Of a stretch of DNA of 64,000 nucleotides, positions 1 to 9,848 are shown piece after piece. Origin of the DNA: Candidatus Poribacteria bacterium. GTDB lineage: Bacteria > Poribacteria > WGA-4E > GCA-2687025. The notes below the pieces were generated by a model. That model saw only the letters and a program-made list of their open reading frames with translations. It was not told the origin of the DNA and searched no databases. The stretch covers positions 2,976,001-3,040,000 of the forward strand of contig OY762492.1 in NCBI GenBank assembly GCA_963665845.2. Reading direction: 5' to 3'. The first letter of the stretch is position 1. Every line of letters begins with the position of its first letter. Made by a program: the position numbers and the translations under genes.

Positions 1-194
1 CTCAAGACGCCTCCTCCGAATGATGCCGCCCGCCTACGTTAACATGGATCGCATCGTTCGTCATGCCGAATGGAAAAAGGCGCCGCCGCCCATAGCCTGC
101 CCCCGTGAAAACGGGGCGCAGAAACGGTCCGCGTTCGCCATGCGAAATATGCCAACTAAAGCGGTAAGGTCAGCCCTCTATGCCCTTCTGCGCG

Positions 195-1283
195 TTAGTC
201 GCCGTCTTGCGGAGTTTGATTATCGCTACGGTCCGCCGCTTTCAACGTTCCCCATTCCGCTTTTTTTTTACCCGCAGGGTCGACGGAGAGGAAGCGGCTC
301 TTGCCCGCCAAGACCCAGGACCCGAACACGGCGTTGACGCCTTCCGGCGTAACGCGAACAATCTCCTTCGTATCCACATTCACCCGCACAACGCGGTAGC
401 CCAAGTGAACGTTGTCCGGATTCATCCCGTATAAAAGCCACTTGCTGTCCGGAGACCAAAAAGTGAGTTCTTTCCAAAGACCCTTGTCTTGTGTGATCCG
501 CTCCATATTGGAGCCGTCCGGATCCATCATAAAAATGCCTCTCTCGCCGTTGAACGCGATCTTCTTGCCGTCCGGAGACCACCTAGGAGAGGATTCAAAC
601 ACATCGGGGGTGTCGGTGATGTTTTTCACATCCGATCCGTCCGCGTTCATGGTGAAGATGTCGAGTTGATGGCTGTGATGATACGGCTCCTTCGCGTTCG
701 CAGAAAACGCGATTTTTCCGTCCGGAGACACGCTCATCTGATTTTCCGATTTGCCCGGCGTGTTCGTGATGTTGACCATCTTGCCCGCGCTGTTTGTCAG
801 CATATAGAGATCTCTGGGCGGGCCATGAGGCGGCAGAAAGTCTCCCCCGACGCTGCAGACCATCCGCTGCCCCCCGGGCATCCATCGGCTGCTATGTATG
901 TCGAACTCGCGCCAGAAGTCGATGCCCATGTTCTGGATGATCCTCTTGGTCACGTTTATTTCTTCCCCTGTTCTGAGGTTCAGAACGTATTTTCCGTAGA
1001 ACTTGTCCGGAACGCCGCCGCCGATCGAGACATATTTGCCGTCCATGCTCCATATTGGAAGTCCGTATTCTCCCTTCAGCCAGAGTCGGTTGTTTTGTCC
1101 GTCCCAGTCGATGAGAAACACGCCTCCAGCAGAGTTGTCTGTGTAGCTGATGGTCGGCTTTTCCAGCTTCGTCACATCTTCGAGCGGTTCAAGATCGTTT
1201 CCAACGGCGTCAGCGGAAAGCAGAACGAGCAGGCTGACCGCCGCAAGAACGGCGCGAAGCTTTGAGAAGGCAATGGATGTCAT
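195..1283 (-). CDS. Secreted TolB/PD40-like beta-propeller protein with C-terminal SVDPxGK...WGxLK tail
   Basis: Start moved to ATG 1283 (AGGAG RBS, then signal peptide MTSIAFSKLRAVLAAVSLLVLLSADA). Repeated WSPDGKKIAF / NITNTPG motifs. Ends FLSVDPAGKKKAEWGTLK plus a short tail. Confidence 0.75.
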   Translation of the reverse strand: MTSIAFSKLRAVLAAVSLLVLLSADAVGNDLEPLEDVTKLEKPTISYTDNSAGGVFLIDWDGQNNRLWLKGEYGLPIWSMDGKYVSIGGGVPDKFYGKYVLNLRTGEEINVTKRIIQNMGIDFWREFDIHSSRWMPGGQRMVCSVGGDFLPPHGPPRDLYMLTNSAGKMVNITNTPGKSENQMSVSPDGKIAFSANAKEPYHHSHQLDIFTMNADGSDVKNITDTPDVFESSPRWSPDGKKIAFNGERGIFMMDPDGSNMERITQDKGLWKELTFWSPDSKWLLYGMNPDNVHLGYRVVRVNVDTKEIVRVTPEGVNAVFGSWVLAGKSRFLSVDPAGKKKAEWGTLKAADRSDNQTPQDGD

Positions 1284-1320
1284 ATCATGCTCCTTTCTGG
1301 GTTTGGTCTGCGGCGCCTCG

Positions 1321-2976
1321 TTAGGGGGAGTTCCAGCCGTCCGACCATTCTTTGGAGAATTCCCTTGACTCTGTTTGGTGATCGTCATCTCTGTCGGCAG
1401 CTCCATCAATGCCAATGCCTTCAAGCGTGAATTTCCATTCCTTAGGTTTTGGCTGTTGATTAACCTTCGCCGATGCGTAGGCGTAGTAGAAGTTGGGCAA
1501 CTCTTCAGCGCCTTCCACAAATACCGCATCCCGCAACTCGAATATCCTGCTGGCCGAGCCGTCATATCTGAGTGCAAGCGGCAGGAGCCATTTCTCGCCT
1601 TCCACATTGTTCGGGGCATGGAACACATCGAAACTGTCTTTGACAGGCTCTGGCCGCATCAGCTGGCCCCATCTGTTGCGCCGCCGCTTACACGCGAGGA
1701 CGAACGCGTAGATGTTGGCATCTGCCCCTTCCAGGTCGTTGTAGTAGTCGATGCCGGCAGTGAAGCTAATGTCGACGAGGGCGGATTTCCGGTTATCGCT
1801 CATTTTCACATTGAAGTGGTTGATGGTCACAAAGGTGTCGCGCAGTATCTTTTTCTTGCCTTCGTGAACGAAGATGGATTTCTCGTCAGAGACAAAAGGA
1901 GAAACAGGGGGTGTGGAAGTGTCTGTTTTGATGTCTTTCCAGGATGTGAGTTCCGTACTGGACGGAGGAAGATGGTCCGCTGGCAGCGTGTCGGGATCTA
2001 CAGCGTATGCGACCGCTCTGACCGTATACTCTTTTCCGCTGACCGCATCGGAACCGCTCCCTGACTCGAAGGCGTATTTCTCGGAGGCATAGGCATACCG
2101 ATCGCCGTAGTTATCGGAGACAACCTCTCTAACGTGAGCATCGCTCCCGCCGACAAACCATCGAATCGTATGAAACGGCGCATCGGCGCTGGCGCTGAGG
2201 GTAAACTGCTCGCCCGCGACAACATTATCTGGGCAATAGACCGTAACGCTTGAGATCGGCTCAACGACGCGGATCTTAATTGTCGCAGCATTGCCGGCAA
2301 CGGCTTCGCCGTTTGCGTTGACGCCGTATGGAGTCGCCGTGAACGTGACGGTGTTGCCGTACGGGACGGTTGAGAAGTCGTACGTGATTTGGCTTGTCAG
2401 CCCAGGTCCGTTGTCGCTGATTGGAGTCCCTCCGTCAATGGACCAGTCGACGCGGTAGAAGCCCACATCCGTTTGGACAGCGACATCGGTCGTTGCGGCG
2501 CCAACGAAGGTCTGGTCGTTGGTTTGAGAAGTTATCGCGACTGTTTCTGATTTCGTCCAGACGTTGATGGTTGCCTGATCGGTGTCGGTGTTGCCGTTGG
2601 CGTCGGCGGCTACGGCTTTGACAACAACGGGCGCCCCGGTCGTTGAACCGAGACCGCTGTAGTTATGGCTGAAGACGCTCGTCCTGCTCGGACCATCGGA
2701 TTTCCTGACAAAACTGTCATTGACGTACCAATCGACGGTGTCGTAGTTCACGTTGGTGTTGACGAGCATGCTGTGGCTGTCGCCTTCAAAGGTGTCGTAT
2801 CCGCTGTAGTAGGCGCCGATGGAGGTAATCTCAATCGGCATCGGTACAGCTGCTTTGGCTGGCCCGCCAAAGAAGACAGCGGCCGTTGCCGCGACAAGCA
2901 AGGTCTGAGCCGCTTTATGCAACCGACGCTTGCGGGGGGAGGTTTGGGTCGTTCGGTTTGCCAGATGCGTGTTCAT
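1321..2976 (-). CDS. Secreted protein with tandem Ig/PKD-like beta-sandwich domains
   Basis: 551-aa ORF with a signal peptide ending AKA. Thr/Val-rich beta-strand repeats (VDWYVND, VDWSIDG, IRWFVGG). Confidence 0.55.
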   Translation of the reverse strand: MNTHLANRTTQTSPRKRRLHKAAQTLLVAATAAVFFGGPAKAAVPMPIEITSIGAYYSGYDTFEGDSHSMLVNTNVNYDTVDWYVNDSFVRKSDGPSRTSVFSHNYSGLGSTTGAPVVVKAVAADANGNTDTDQATINVWTKSETVAITSQTNDQTFVGAATTDVAVQTDVGFYRVDWSIDGGTPISDNGPGLTSQITYDFSTVPYGNTVTFTATPYGVNANGEAVAGNAATIKIRVVEPISSVTVYCPDNVVAGEQFTLSASADAPFHTIRWFVGGSDAHVREVVSDNYGDRYAYASEKYAFESGSGSDAVSGKEYTVRAVAYAVDPDTLPADHLPPSSTELTSWKDIKTDTSTPPVSPFVSDEKSIFVHEGKKKILRDTFVTINHFNVKMSDNRKSALVDISFTAGIDYYNDLEGADANIYAFVLACKRRRNRWGQLMRPEPVKDSFDVFHAPNNVEGEKWLLPLALRYDGSASRIFELRDAVFVEGAEELPNFYYAYASAKVNQQPKPKEWKFTLEGIGIDGAADRDDDHQTESREFSKEWSDGWNSP

Positions 2977-3164
2977 GTGTTTTTCTCCGTTTCATGTTCG
3001 CGCTTACAACGCCTGATCATGGCTTAATTTCATCTTCGCGTCAACATCTTCATGCCGATGCGCCCAAAAACTTCTCTCAAGCCGTATCGCCATTGTACGA
3101 TAGTTTTTGACCGCGCTGCAACTTTTGAGCGCAAGCCTCTCATATTCCCGCGCGTTTTACTGCA

Positions 3165-3460
3165 AAGGCGGACGGCTTCTGCGGCGCCTCTAGATTCCCG
3201 CTTGCGCGGGAATGCATGTCCTCGCGGAAGCGGGGGACAACCTGGGGCGCGGGAATGACGACCTGGGGCGCGGGAATGACGGCCTGGAGCGGCGGGCGGT
3301 GGCGTCAACTAAAAGCGCGGCGGCAGCAGACTCCCCCCTTGAAAAGGGGGGAAGGGGGGGTTTCCGCCGCTCGCGGCGGCGGGCGAACGCGGACGCCGTC
3401 TGCGGCGCCTCTGGATTCCCGCTTACGCGGGAATGACGATCCGGTTAGCGACGCTTTTTC
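3165..3460. repeat. Cluster of dRS3/REP-like palindromes and a CCCCCTTGAAAAGGGGG hairpin
   Basis: ATTCCCGCTTGCGCGGGAAT, CCTCGCGGAAGCGGGG, tandem GCGCGGGAATGAC copies, CCCCCTTGAAAAGGGGG, and the internal part of the MITE. Confidence 0.85.
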
Positions 3461-4527
3461 CGCTGGTCATCGCAGTTCTTTCGGCATGATGTCATCAGAG
3501 ACGGGTCTAGCGCCGCCTTGACGCCCCGCCGTTCCCGCGCGTATTGAACCGCCTCGTTCGCTTCGCTTAAAGAAAAACGGCGCGGTTTTAAATCGGACAG
3601 GTCGATTTCGCCGTCAACAATCATCTGCCGCGCTTCTTCCAGGCTCCGCCGCGTGAACGCCCATGAGGCGCGTATCGACACTCCTTGAAAATGCAGCTGT
3701 TCAAGATCGATGGCAAGCGTCCGCCCCGCCGGCGCCAGCCCGAAGTAGTTGACGCTGCCGCCGCGCCGCGCCGCGTCCATCGCCTGTTGAACCGCCGCTT
3801 CCGCCTCCGTCGCGACGATGACCGTATCGGCGCCGCCGTCGGTTAAGTCGCGCAGCTCGGCGTAACCTTCCGCGGTTGGCTCCAGCGCCGATACAGCCCC
3901 CCGCGCCAGCGCCTTGTCGCGCCGCTCCTTCACCGGCTCCATAACAAAAACGCGCGTCCCCGCCTTCGCCGCCAGCTGCGTGAACAACAGCCCGATCGGT
4001 CCCGCGCCCAGAATCGCCGCCGTCTCTTTCAACGGCGCGTCATGAACGGCGTTCAACACGCACCCCAGCGGCTCAACGAACATCAACCGCATCGGCGGCG
4101 TCTCCTCTGGGACATGCAGCAGCCCGCCCCGCTCCACGAGCGGCTTTGGCGCCGTCAGGTATTCGGCAAAACCGCCGTCGATGTCATGCCCGATGCCGTA
4201 AAGGTCTCGGCAATACCGATCTTGTCCGCGCCTGCATTCGCGGCACTCTCCGCATGAGATCATCGGGTTGACGCTGACGCGGTCGCCGACGCGCGCATGC
4301 GTTGAGCGCGACTCGACAACAACGGCGGCGATCTCATGCCCAAGCGCGACGGGCGGCGAATAGTCGGACGCGCCGCCGTCGATGGCGAGCAGGTCGGACG
4401 CGCACACGCCGCACAGGTCGATTTTCAACCGCGCCTCCCCCTCCGAAAGCGGCGGCAGGTTTCTCTCTTCCAACACAAGAGGTTGGTTCGCTTCATGAAA
4501 AAGGACGGTCTGATAACGGCGCGTCAT
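3445..4527 (-). CDS. Zn-dependent medium-chain alcohol/sugar dehydrogenase (MDR)
   Basis: CGVCASD, GHE, CGECRECRRGQDRYC structural Zn site, GAGPIG Rossmann motif. Confidence 0.9.
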   Translation of the reverse strand: MTRRYQTVLFHEANQPLVLEERNLPPLSEGEARLKIDLCGVCASDLLAIDGGASDYSPPVALGHEIAAVVVESRSTHARVGDRVSVNPMISCGECRECRRGQDRYCRDLYGIGHDIDGGFAEYLTAPKPLVERGGLLHVPEETPPMRLMFVEPLGCVLNAVHDAPLKETAAILGAGPIGLLFTQLAAKAGTRVFVMEPVKERRDKALARGAVSALEPTAEGYAELRDLTDGGADTVIVATEAEAAVQQAMDAARRGGSVNYFGLAPAGRTLAIDLEQLHFQGVSIRASWAFTRRSLEEARQMIVDGEIDLSDLKPRRFSLSEANEAVQYARERRGVKAALDPSLMTSCRKNCDDQRKKRR

Positions 4528-5300
4528 CGTTTTTTTTGTCCGTGTCGGTTGAAGTGGGCAATCCGCTCGGCAGGCAGGCGGGTTGAGAGGATCGGCTCCG
4601 CCTCTTTTTTCAGGTAACCCATCCGCAGGATGAGAATCGGTTCGCAGGTTTCGGGCGCGTCAAAGAGGCGGCGCGTTTCGTCCCGCCCTTCCGCCGTTTC
4701 CAGCGCGGCGACGGTGAACTGCGCGCCGATGCCGCGCTCCTCCGCCTCCAGCAGCATGTTTTGAAACATGGCGCCGATGGAAAGCAGCGTCCACACTTCG
4801 CCGTTGGCGCCGGGCGAAACGCGGTCGAGACGCCTGAAGACGACGCATAACAGCGGCGCTTCGGCGAGCGCCCGTTTGGCGGCGTTTCCAGGACCCGCCC
4901 CCGCGCCCAGTTTCGCCAGCGCGGCCGCGGCGCCGGGGCGTTTCAACAGCAATGGCGCCACCAACCGCGCGAACCCCGAATCGGGCAGCTGATCCTCCAG
5001 AAAGACGCCGTCCCCCGCCTCCAGCCACTCCTCCTCGGTGACGCGCGTCCAGCTCGCCGCCGCTTCCAAGAACGGGCGCCGCTTCATCTGCGCGGACATA
5101 TGGCGGCGCGTCAATTCGCCCAGCGCCTCCTTCTGCGCCGCCTCCGTTATGAACAGCAGCTCCCATGGCTGTATGTTGAACGGCGACGGCGCCCAGCGCG
5201 CCGCCTCGATGAGCGCGTCAATGTCCTCATCAAGGGGAGGCTTGTCTAAAAAATCGCGCCGTTGGCTGCGCCGTTGCCGTATCAGGTCAAGGGGCGTCAT
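4524..5300 (-). CDS. Nitroreductase family protein
   Basis: IRQRRSQR, AARWAPSPFNIQPW, GAMFQNMLLEAEERGIG motifs. Confidence 0.88.
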   Translation of the reverse strand: MTPLDLIRQRRSQRRDFLDKPPLDEDIDALIEAARWAPSPFNIQPWELLFITEAAQKEALGELTRRHMSAQMKRRPFLEAAASWTRVTEEEWLEAGDGVFLEDQLPDSGFARLVAPLLLKRPGAAAALAKLGAGAGPGNAAKRALAEAPLLCVVFRRLDRVSPGANGEVWTLLSIGAMFQNMLLEAEERGIGAQFTVAALETAEGRDETRRLFDAPETCEPILILRMGYLKKEAEPILSTRLPAERIAHFNRHGQKKR

Positions 5301-6276
5301 CGCGCTCTACAACTTGAATCGAGGCGCCGCGGTTGTTCGCGCGGACAATGCGCGTGAATCCAGGGTTGCCCGCTTTTTTAAAAAACTGCTCAGCCGTCTG
5401 TTTCAGCGCGTCAAGATTCTCGCCGAAGACAGCCATCGTCGGTCCCCAGCTGCTCATGGCGGCGCCGTATGCGCCTTCGCGCCGTAGATGTTCCGCCGTC
5501 TCCCGCACGATCGGCTCCTGAACCTGCCACTCCACCTTTTTCCATCCAACGCCCCCCATCGCGTCCAGGGCGGCGGCGGCGGTCTGCAGATCGTTTTCCG
5601 CCAGCGCAGGCAGGAGGCTCATCGTCAGCAGGTGCGAGACGCGTTCAGCGGCGCGCGGCGGCATCGGACATTTAGAACGAAAAAGCCGTTTCTCCTCCTC
5701 GCCGGAAACCTGCCGCGCGCGCGGCGACACCAGCAGCATCTTCCAGTCAGGGAAATCGCGCCTCAACAGCAACGGACCGGGACCGACGCCTTCAGCCGCC
5801 GCGGACGGCAGAAAGTCATCTTTTTGAGACGGAAAGCGATGCCCCCCGTCCACAAGGAAACCGCCCTTTTCAAAAGCGTACAGACCAATCCCGGACGCGC
5901 CCCCCCGACCCGACAGCGCCGCCGCCTCTTCAGCCGACAACGGAATCTCGTATAAAGCGGCAAGCGCATGGATAACGGACAACGCCGCCTGCGTCCCTGA
6001 ACCCAAGCCGACATGCGCCGGTATCGTCTCCTCATAACGCAGATGAACGCCGCCGACCTTCCACAGGGCGCGCAGCCGTTTCGCCAACCGCTCCACGCGC
6101 TCTTGATGGACGCCCGCGCCCACCGCCTCCACGCGCTCCGCCTTCCGCGCCTCCAATACAAAGCTGGGCTTTTCAAGCGTCAGCCCGATGCTGCCGTCGA
6201 TGCGCCCCAGCCGACCTGTCAGATCGATCAGCCCGAAATGCAGGCGCGAGGGCGTTTCGATGCGTACCGTTTTCAC
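5287..6276 (-). CDS. Beta-ribofuranosylaminobenzene 5'-phosphate (beta-RFAP) synthase family, GHMP kinase fold
   Basis: GTG start at 6276. PSRLHFGLIDL, PAHVGLGSGTQ, GRGGASGIG, GGFLVDGG and SSWGPT motifs. Confidence 0.85.
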   Translation of the reverse strand: MKTVRIETPSRLHFGLIDLTGRLGRIDGSIGLTLEKPSFVLEARKAERVEAVGAGVHQERVERLAKRLRALWKVGGVHLRYEETIPAHVGLGSGTQAALSVIHALAALYEIPLSAEEAAALSGRGGASGIGLYAFEKGGFLVDGGHRFPSQKDDFLPSAAAEGVGPGPLLLRRDFPDWKMLLVSPRARQVSGEEEKRLFRSKCPMPPRAAERVSHLLTMSLLPALAENDLQTAAAALDAMGGVGWKKVEWQVQEPIVRETAEHLRREGAYGAAMSSWGPTMAVFGENLDALKQTAEQFFKKAGNPGFTRIVRANNRGASIQVVERDDAP

Positions 6277-6280
6277 CGGC

Positions 6281-6859
6281 TCATCGGCTTTTGAGTTCCG
6301 CCCAGACAGACGCGGCGCGGTTCTTTGGCGAAACGGACATCGGATTGTCCAGCAGCGACAGCGCCTGCTCCAATACCTTGTCGGCGGAGGGGCGGTCAGC
6401 CTTGTCGGCGCCGACATATTTCCACGCGGCGACGCCGCTGCTGTCTAGAACAAAGACAGCCGGCTTTGCAATGTTCGCCGCCGCATTCAAGATGTCGTAC
6501 GCCTTGATTGTCTCTCGGCTGACGTCGCTCAACAGCGGAAAGGTTAGGCTATGCCGCTCTTTCATCTGCTTGGCGGTCGCTGTCGGGTCGACGCTGATTG
6601 CCAGCAGCCCGATCTCGTTCGTTTCAAAGACATCGATCTTTTCCTGCAGCTCCACGAGCTGCTCATTGCAAAACGGTCAGAACATGCCGCGGTAAAACAC
6701 GAGAACGCATGGCTTTCCGCGGTAATCTTTCAGTTTAACGGTCTCATTTTCCGTGTTCGGCAGTTCAAAAAGCGGCGCGCTCTCGCCGACATCCAGAGCC
6801 GAGGCGGTCAAAGCAAACGGCAAAAACAGCGCGGCGGCAAACAAAGCGGACGGTTTCAT
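6281..6859 (-). CDS. Exported peroxiredoxin-like (AhpC/TSA) selenoprotein, UxxC (U-P-F-C); in-frame TGA at 6677-6679
   Basis: ORFs 6677..6859 and 6281..6655 are in frame: VFYRGMF-TGA-PFCNEQLVELQ. The TGA sits at the first Cys of the thioredoxin CxxC. SECIS-like hairpin follows; signal peptide present. Confidence 0.85.
6646..6662 (-). other. Putative bacterial SECIS hairpin
   Basis: GCAGCTC-GTG-GAGCTGC stem-loop starting 14 nt after the UGA, with G in the apical loop. Confidence 0.7.
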
Positions 6860-7443
6860 GGCGTTCGTTCTTTCGGCGTTGGTTGAAGCGGGCGTATCTG
6901 ATCTAGTATCGCGTTCACGGAGGGGCGGTCTGCCTTGTTATCGCCGACATATTTCCATGCGACGACGCCTGACGAGTCGATGACGAAGACGGCGGGCTTC
7001 GCAATCTGCCCGCTTTCAACGCCGTATTCGCGTATCGTTAAGCGGGCCGGGTCGCTCAACACATTATACTCAAGGCTGTTTTCGTTCGCCATCGCCTGCG
7101 CGTTTTCCAAGTTGTCGGCGCTCAACGCCACGAGACGCGCGCCGAGGCGCTGAAAACGGTTCAGGTTCTGTTGCAGCTCCACGAGCTGCTCGCTGCAATT
7201 CGGTCACCACAAGCCGCGGTAAAAAACAAGAACGACAGGCGCGCCTTCCGCCCCGTTGAGCGACCAGTCGCCGCTGGAGCCGCTCAAGGCGAATGGCGGC
7301 GCTTGCTGCCCGACCTCGTTTCCGACGCGGATCTGCGGCGCCGGCGTCTCGGCGGCAGGTTTGGATGAGCAGGCGGCGAAGACCATCGACAGCGCGAGAG
7401 CGGAACAGGCGGGCAGCGTCCAACGGCGCATCGTTTTCTCCAT
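6856..7443 (-). CDS. Lipoprotein peroxiredoxin-like (AhpC/TSA) selenoprotein, UxxC (U-P-N-C); in-frame TGA at 7204-7206
   Basis: ORFs 7204..7443 and 6856..7182 are in frame: VFYRGLW-TGA-PNCSEQLVELQ. Lipobox FAA-C. Paralog of the adjacent gene. Confidence 0.85.
7173..7189 (-). other. Putative bacterial SECIS hairpin
   Basis: Identical GCAGCTC-GTG-GAGCTGC hairpin, also 14 nt after the UGA. Confidence 0.7.
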
Positions 7444-7502
7444 TTCGGTTGACAGCGTTTCCAGGCGCTCGGCGGCGCGGCAGGTTGAATCGCATCCATT
7501 AT

Positions 7503-7531
7503 ATTATGGCATGCGGACAGCAAATCTGCAA
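7503..7531 (-). promoter_or_regulatory. Possible sigma70 promoter of the selenoprotein operon
   Basis: TTGCAG-17 bp-CATAAT with an extended TG, on the minus strand. Confidence 0.35.
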
Positions 7532-7634
7532 ACGGCGCCCGTCGTCATTCCCGTGAAAACGGGAATCTTAGGCGTCGGAGACGCCTACATATCGCGTCTC
7601 CGACCAACATCATCGCATGAGCGTACTACCTGAT

Positions 7635-7885
7635 TGACCTTACGTCTTTAGTTGGGACATGCCGGCGGGCGGACGCGGACGGTTTCTGCGGCGCCTCTGG
7701 ATTCCCGCACGTTTTACCGCACGGGCGGGAATGACGACCTGGGATGCGGCATGTCGGGCGGAATGCCGCCTTTCGGCAATTCTCCTGGCAATCTTTTCAA
7801 TCATGCAAATCTTAGTTCAGACGACAACTACGGCGGCTACGGTCTAAGATTCCCGCATGTTTCACCGCAAGGGCGGGAATGACGA
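7635..7885. repeat. Composite repeat (MITE half, REP hairpins, AATCTTTTCAATC module), copy 1
   Basis: Closely similar to 9849..10070, in direct orientation. Confidence 0.8.
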
Positions 7886-7918
7886 CGGGCGGGGACCGTA
7901 GCGGCCCCGCCCTGATCG

Positions 7919-9487
7919 TCATTCGTCCTCGTCTTCGTCTTCCGCCGTTTGGCTGTTTTCATCGGCGGAAGAGGACGCCTGCTCCTGTCGCCGAAGCCGA
8001 TCCTGACCCTTCCACATCTGGTACGCCTCGTAACGCTGCTTCAAGCTGCGGCGCACATTCTCCGGCACATCCGCGTTCTCGATGAGATGCAGATCGAGAA
8101 AGTCAAAGAAGGCGTCCACATCCTCGCGGCTTCTGCCCGGCGACTTCGGCAGCTCCACGCCCGGCGGCAAGAGCAGCGGAAGTTCCTGCGCCTGTTTATC
8201 CGTAGCCGCGCGATCCGCTGTCAGCTCATCAGGCGGGGCGGGAACCCCAGAAGGCGCCGGCGAAACGGGCGGCGCATCGGAAACTCCCGTTCGACCGCCG
8301 TCCGTATAATCGATCAGCGCGCCCGTATAGTCCGCCATCGTCATCCAGTCAACGATTGTCATCTCCTTCACCTTCTCGGAGTTCAAGAATTCAACCGCTT
8401 CTTGGAGAGCTTCCTGCCGCTTATGCTCGGACATGGCGGCGACGCGGTCCTTCCAGTCCAAGCGCATCGGCTCGCTGTCAGGCGGCATCACTTCGTTGTT
8501 CTCGTCAATGTAAAACACCTCAATGTCCTCAGGAGCGACTCCATGGTATTTCAGAAGATGCGCCTCTTCACCGGTCAGGTCTCTCTTGCGCGGTCCTAAC
8601 ATGAACACGGTGTGATCGGGGTCCCCCGTCGCGATCTTGACATGCATGTGGTTGTCTTTGGTCATGACATACCGGTTTCCCAGACGAAAGCCGCCGGTGC
8701 TGTCCGGAAATTTGCGCATCGCGTCGCGCCACAAGATATTGTCCATCGCGGCTTTCTTGATCTGCTCGTCAATGTACGCGTTGAAGTTGGCTTCGTCTTC
8801 AAGCCCTTTTCGCTGATAGAGCCGGGCGAACCGTTTCGGCTCGCTTTGGATCCATTCAATAAGCCCGCGCACCTGCATAATTCCTGCGTAATCGTAGTTG
8901 TCGAGAAAAACGACCCCTAGATCCAGGGCGCGTTGAATCCACTCATTGCGGGGGAAAAGCATGTCGAGATCGCTTCCCGGCGGGGAGTGAGTACGGCTGT
9001 AGTACTCATCATACTCCGCCATGAGCGCGTTGACGGTCTGCGGCCCGTCGTAATCCGCCATCACATATTCCTCATTGTATTTGAATGAAACCTCCGACAG
9101 CCGCGGGGGGCGTCCATCCTTCGTGACGAATTTGTTGTAGAGATCGGTGAGCTTCTTTCGAATTTCCTCCTCTGTTTCCTTCGACAGCTCGCCCGCCCCT
9201 GTCTTTTTCTTTTGATCCTTCCTGAGCGTCTCAAGCCCCATTTCGACAAGCTGCTCCTTGGTCACGATGGGGTCATCGTCGGCGTTCGTTCCGTCATAAA
9301 TGGTGAGGTCTGGATGCTCCGATTTTCCCTGCTCAGCCAGTTGGGACATCAGGACGATGTGTGAGGGGGAGGGCGGCGGCTCGGCCGCCCGCTCTTGTCC
9401 AGAATCCATCCAAAAGAACATCAGAGCAGCCGCCAAGAGAATGACCGCCGCGCCAATGAGAGCGATGCGCGTCTTTTTCATGCTCAT
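7919..9487 (-). CDS. Hypothetical membrane-anchored/exported protein
   Basis: 522-aa ORF with AGGAAGGG RBS, an N-terminal hydrophobic helix, a Pro-rich linker and an acidic tail. Confidence 0.7.
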   Translation of the reverse strand: MSMKKTRIALIGAAVILLAAALMFFWMDSGQERAAEPPPSPSHIVLMSQLAEQGKSEHPDLTIYDGTNADDDPIVTKEQLVEMGLETLRKDQKKKTGAGELSKETEEEIRKKLTDLYNKFVTKDGRPPRLSEVSFKYNEEYVMADYDGPQTVNALMAEYDEYYSRTHSPPGSDLDMLFPRNEWIQRALDLGVVFLDNYDYAGIMQVRGLIEWIQSEPKRFARLYQRKGLEDEANFNAYIDEQIKKAAMDNILWRDAMRKFPDSTGGFRLGNRYVMTKDNHMHVKIATGDPDHTVFMLGPRKRDLTGEEAHLLKYHGVAPEDIEVFYIDENNEVMPPDSEPMRLDWKDRVAAMSEHKRQEALQEAVEFLNSEKVKEMTIVDWMTMADYTGALIDYTDGGRTGVSDAPPVSPAPSGVPAPPDELTADRAATDKQAQELPLLLPPGVELPKSPGRSREDVDAFFDFLDLHLIENADVPENVRRSLKQRYEAYQMWKGQDRLRRQEQASSSADENSQTAEDEDEDE

Positions 9488-9848
9488 TGCCCTTCCTTTA
9501 CGGGGTTACGGGATCCCCTTTGTTGAAGCATTCCTCGTTGTTGCCTGTGCCGTCTTTGCTCCAGTAAGTAGCATGGTCGGCGTCTTCTATCACACCTTAG
9601 CGTTGGTATGTCCGCCGACGAGGAGAGCGGAGGCTGCCGCAAGAAGGAGAGCCAGGCCGATGTCAGGCAGCCGACTTACGCGGGGAGGGGGGTACATTGC
9701 TTACATCATGACGGTCGGTTCGTCCGAGAAGCGCGGACTTGAGATTTTTCAGTCGTTACATTGGTTTATCGTTCCTTTCGACGTTTCAGAAACTTCGCTT
9801 GCGACTTTATCCTAACTGAGTCGTTCTCCCGTGTCAACGCCTTTTCAC

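Noticed and set aside
1284-1628. N-terminal extension of the 477-aa ORF
   Set aside because: It overlaps the upstream gene; the RBS and signal peptide support a start at 1283.
6281-7443. Interpretation as two nonsense pseudogenes or four small genes
   Set aside because: Both TGAs fall at the same catalytic position with the same downstream hairpin, which fits selenocysteine recoding better.
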